A DNA stretch of 64,000 nucleotides from a virus. A model generated the notes under the pieces. It worked only from the letters and a program-made list of their open reading frames with translations, had not been told where the DNA came from and did no database searches. The stretch lies in the IMG/VR virus record IMGVR_UViG_3300034121_000527, positions 1-64,000 of that record, one strand, 5' to 3'. Positions 63,942 to 64,000 of this stretch are shown one piece after another. Each line of letters begins with the position of its first letter. The first letter of the stretch is position 1. A program made the position numbers and the translations under genes.

Positions 63942-64000
63942 TTACGCTGTTCTACCATTGATATTGCTTACTAAATAAACTCTATTAAAGTTTTCTCCCT
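63942..64000 (-). CDS. 3' end of upstream baseplate gene (partial)
   Basis: Frame GENFNRVYLVSNINGRTA* ends just before gp25 SD. Confidence 0.5.
   Translation of the reverse strand, partial: GENFNRVYLVSNINGRTA

Noticed and set aside
1-64000. Prophage boundary or host DNA
   Set aside because: No integrase, att-like duplication or bacterial housekeeping operon; recA, polA, dps and spoVS are embedded in phage-style operons.

Overview
The window is part of a large tailed dsDNA phage genome. It is a myovirus by its gp25-like and baseplate J genes, and the host is inferred to be actinobacterial from two WhiB genes, leaderless TANNNT promoters and Thr-rich linkers. No integrase, capsid, portal or terminase gene was recognised here. 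Layout: (i) 1-14145, minus strand: tail-fibre genes, a decayed Thr-rich gene, tRNA-Ile(UAU), a methyltransferase and a cluster of low-complexity proteins that includes a stand-alone sigma-70 region 4 protein and an ADP-ribosyltransferase-like protein. (ii) A sharp divergence point at about 14.2 kb. (iii) 14392-28735, plus strand, an early-type arm: two tRNAs, several densely base-paired non-coding tracts, a MoxR AAA+/VWA pair, SNF2 helicase, WhiB, HNH and a pyrimidine-dimer glycosylase. (iv) 28825-57592, minus strand: glycosyltransferase, lytic transglycosylase, large disordered proteins, SpoVS, nucleases, RecA, PolA, SSB, SNF2, primase, DnaB, a DnaC-like loader and an initiator with embedded palindromic iterons. 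(v) A plus-strand Dps island, then baseplate genes. Best novelty candidates: a shared short L/V-S/N/G-x(1-2)-Q-F/M peptide motif across putative head-packaged effector proteins; a ~420-nt structured RNA upstream of tRNA-Arg; and repeated regulatory motifs in the early arm. All family assignments come from motif recognition by eye; no searches were run.
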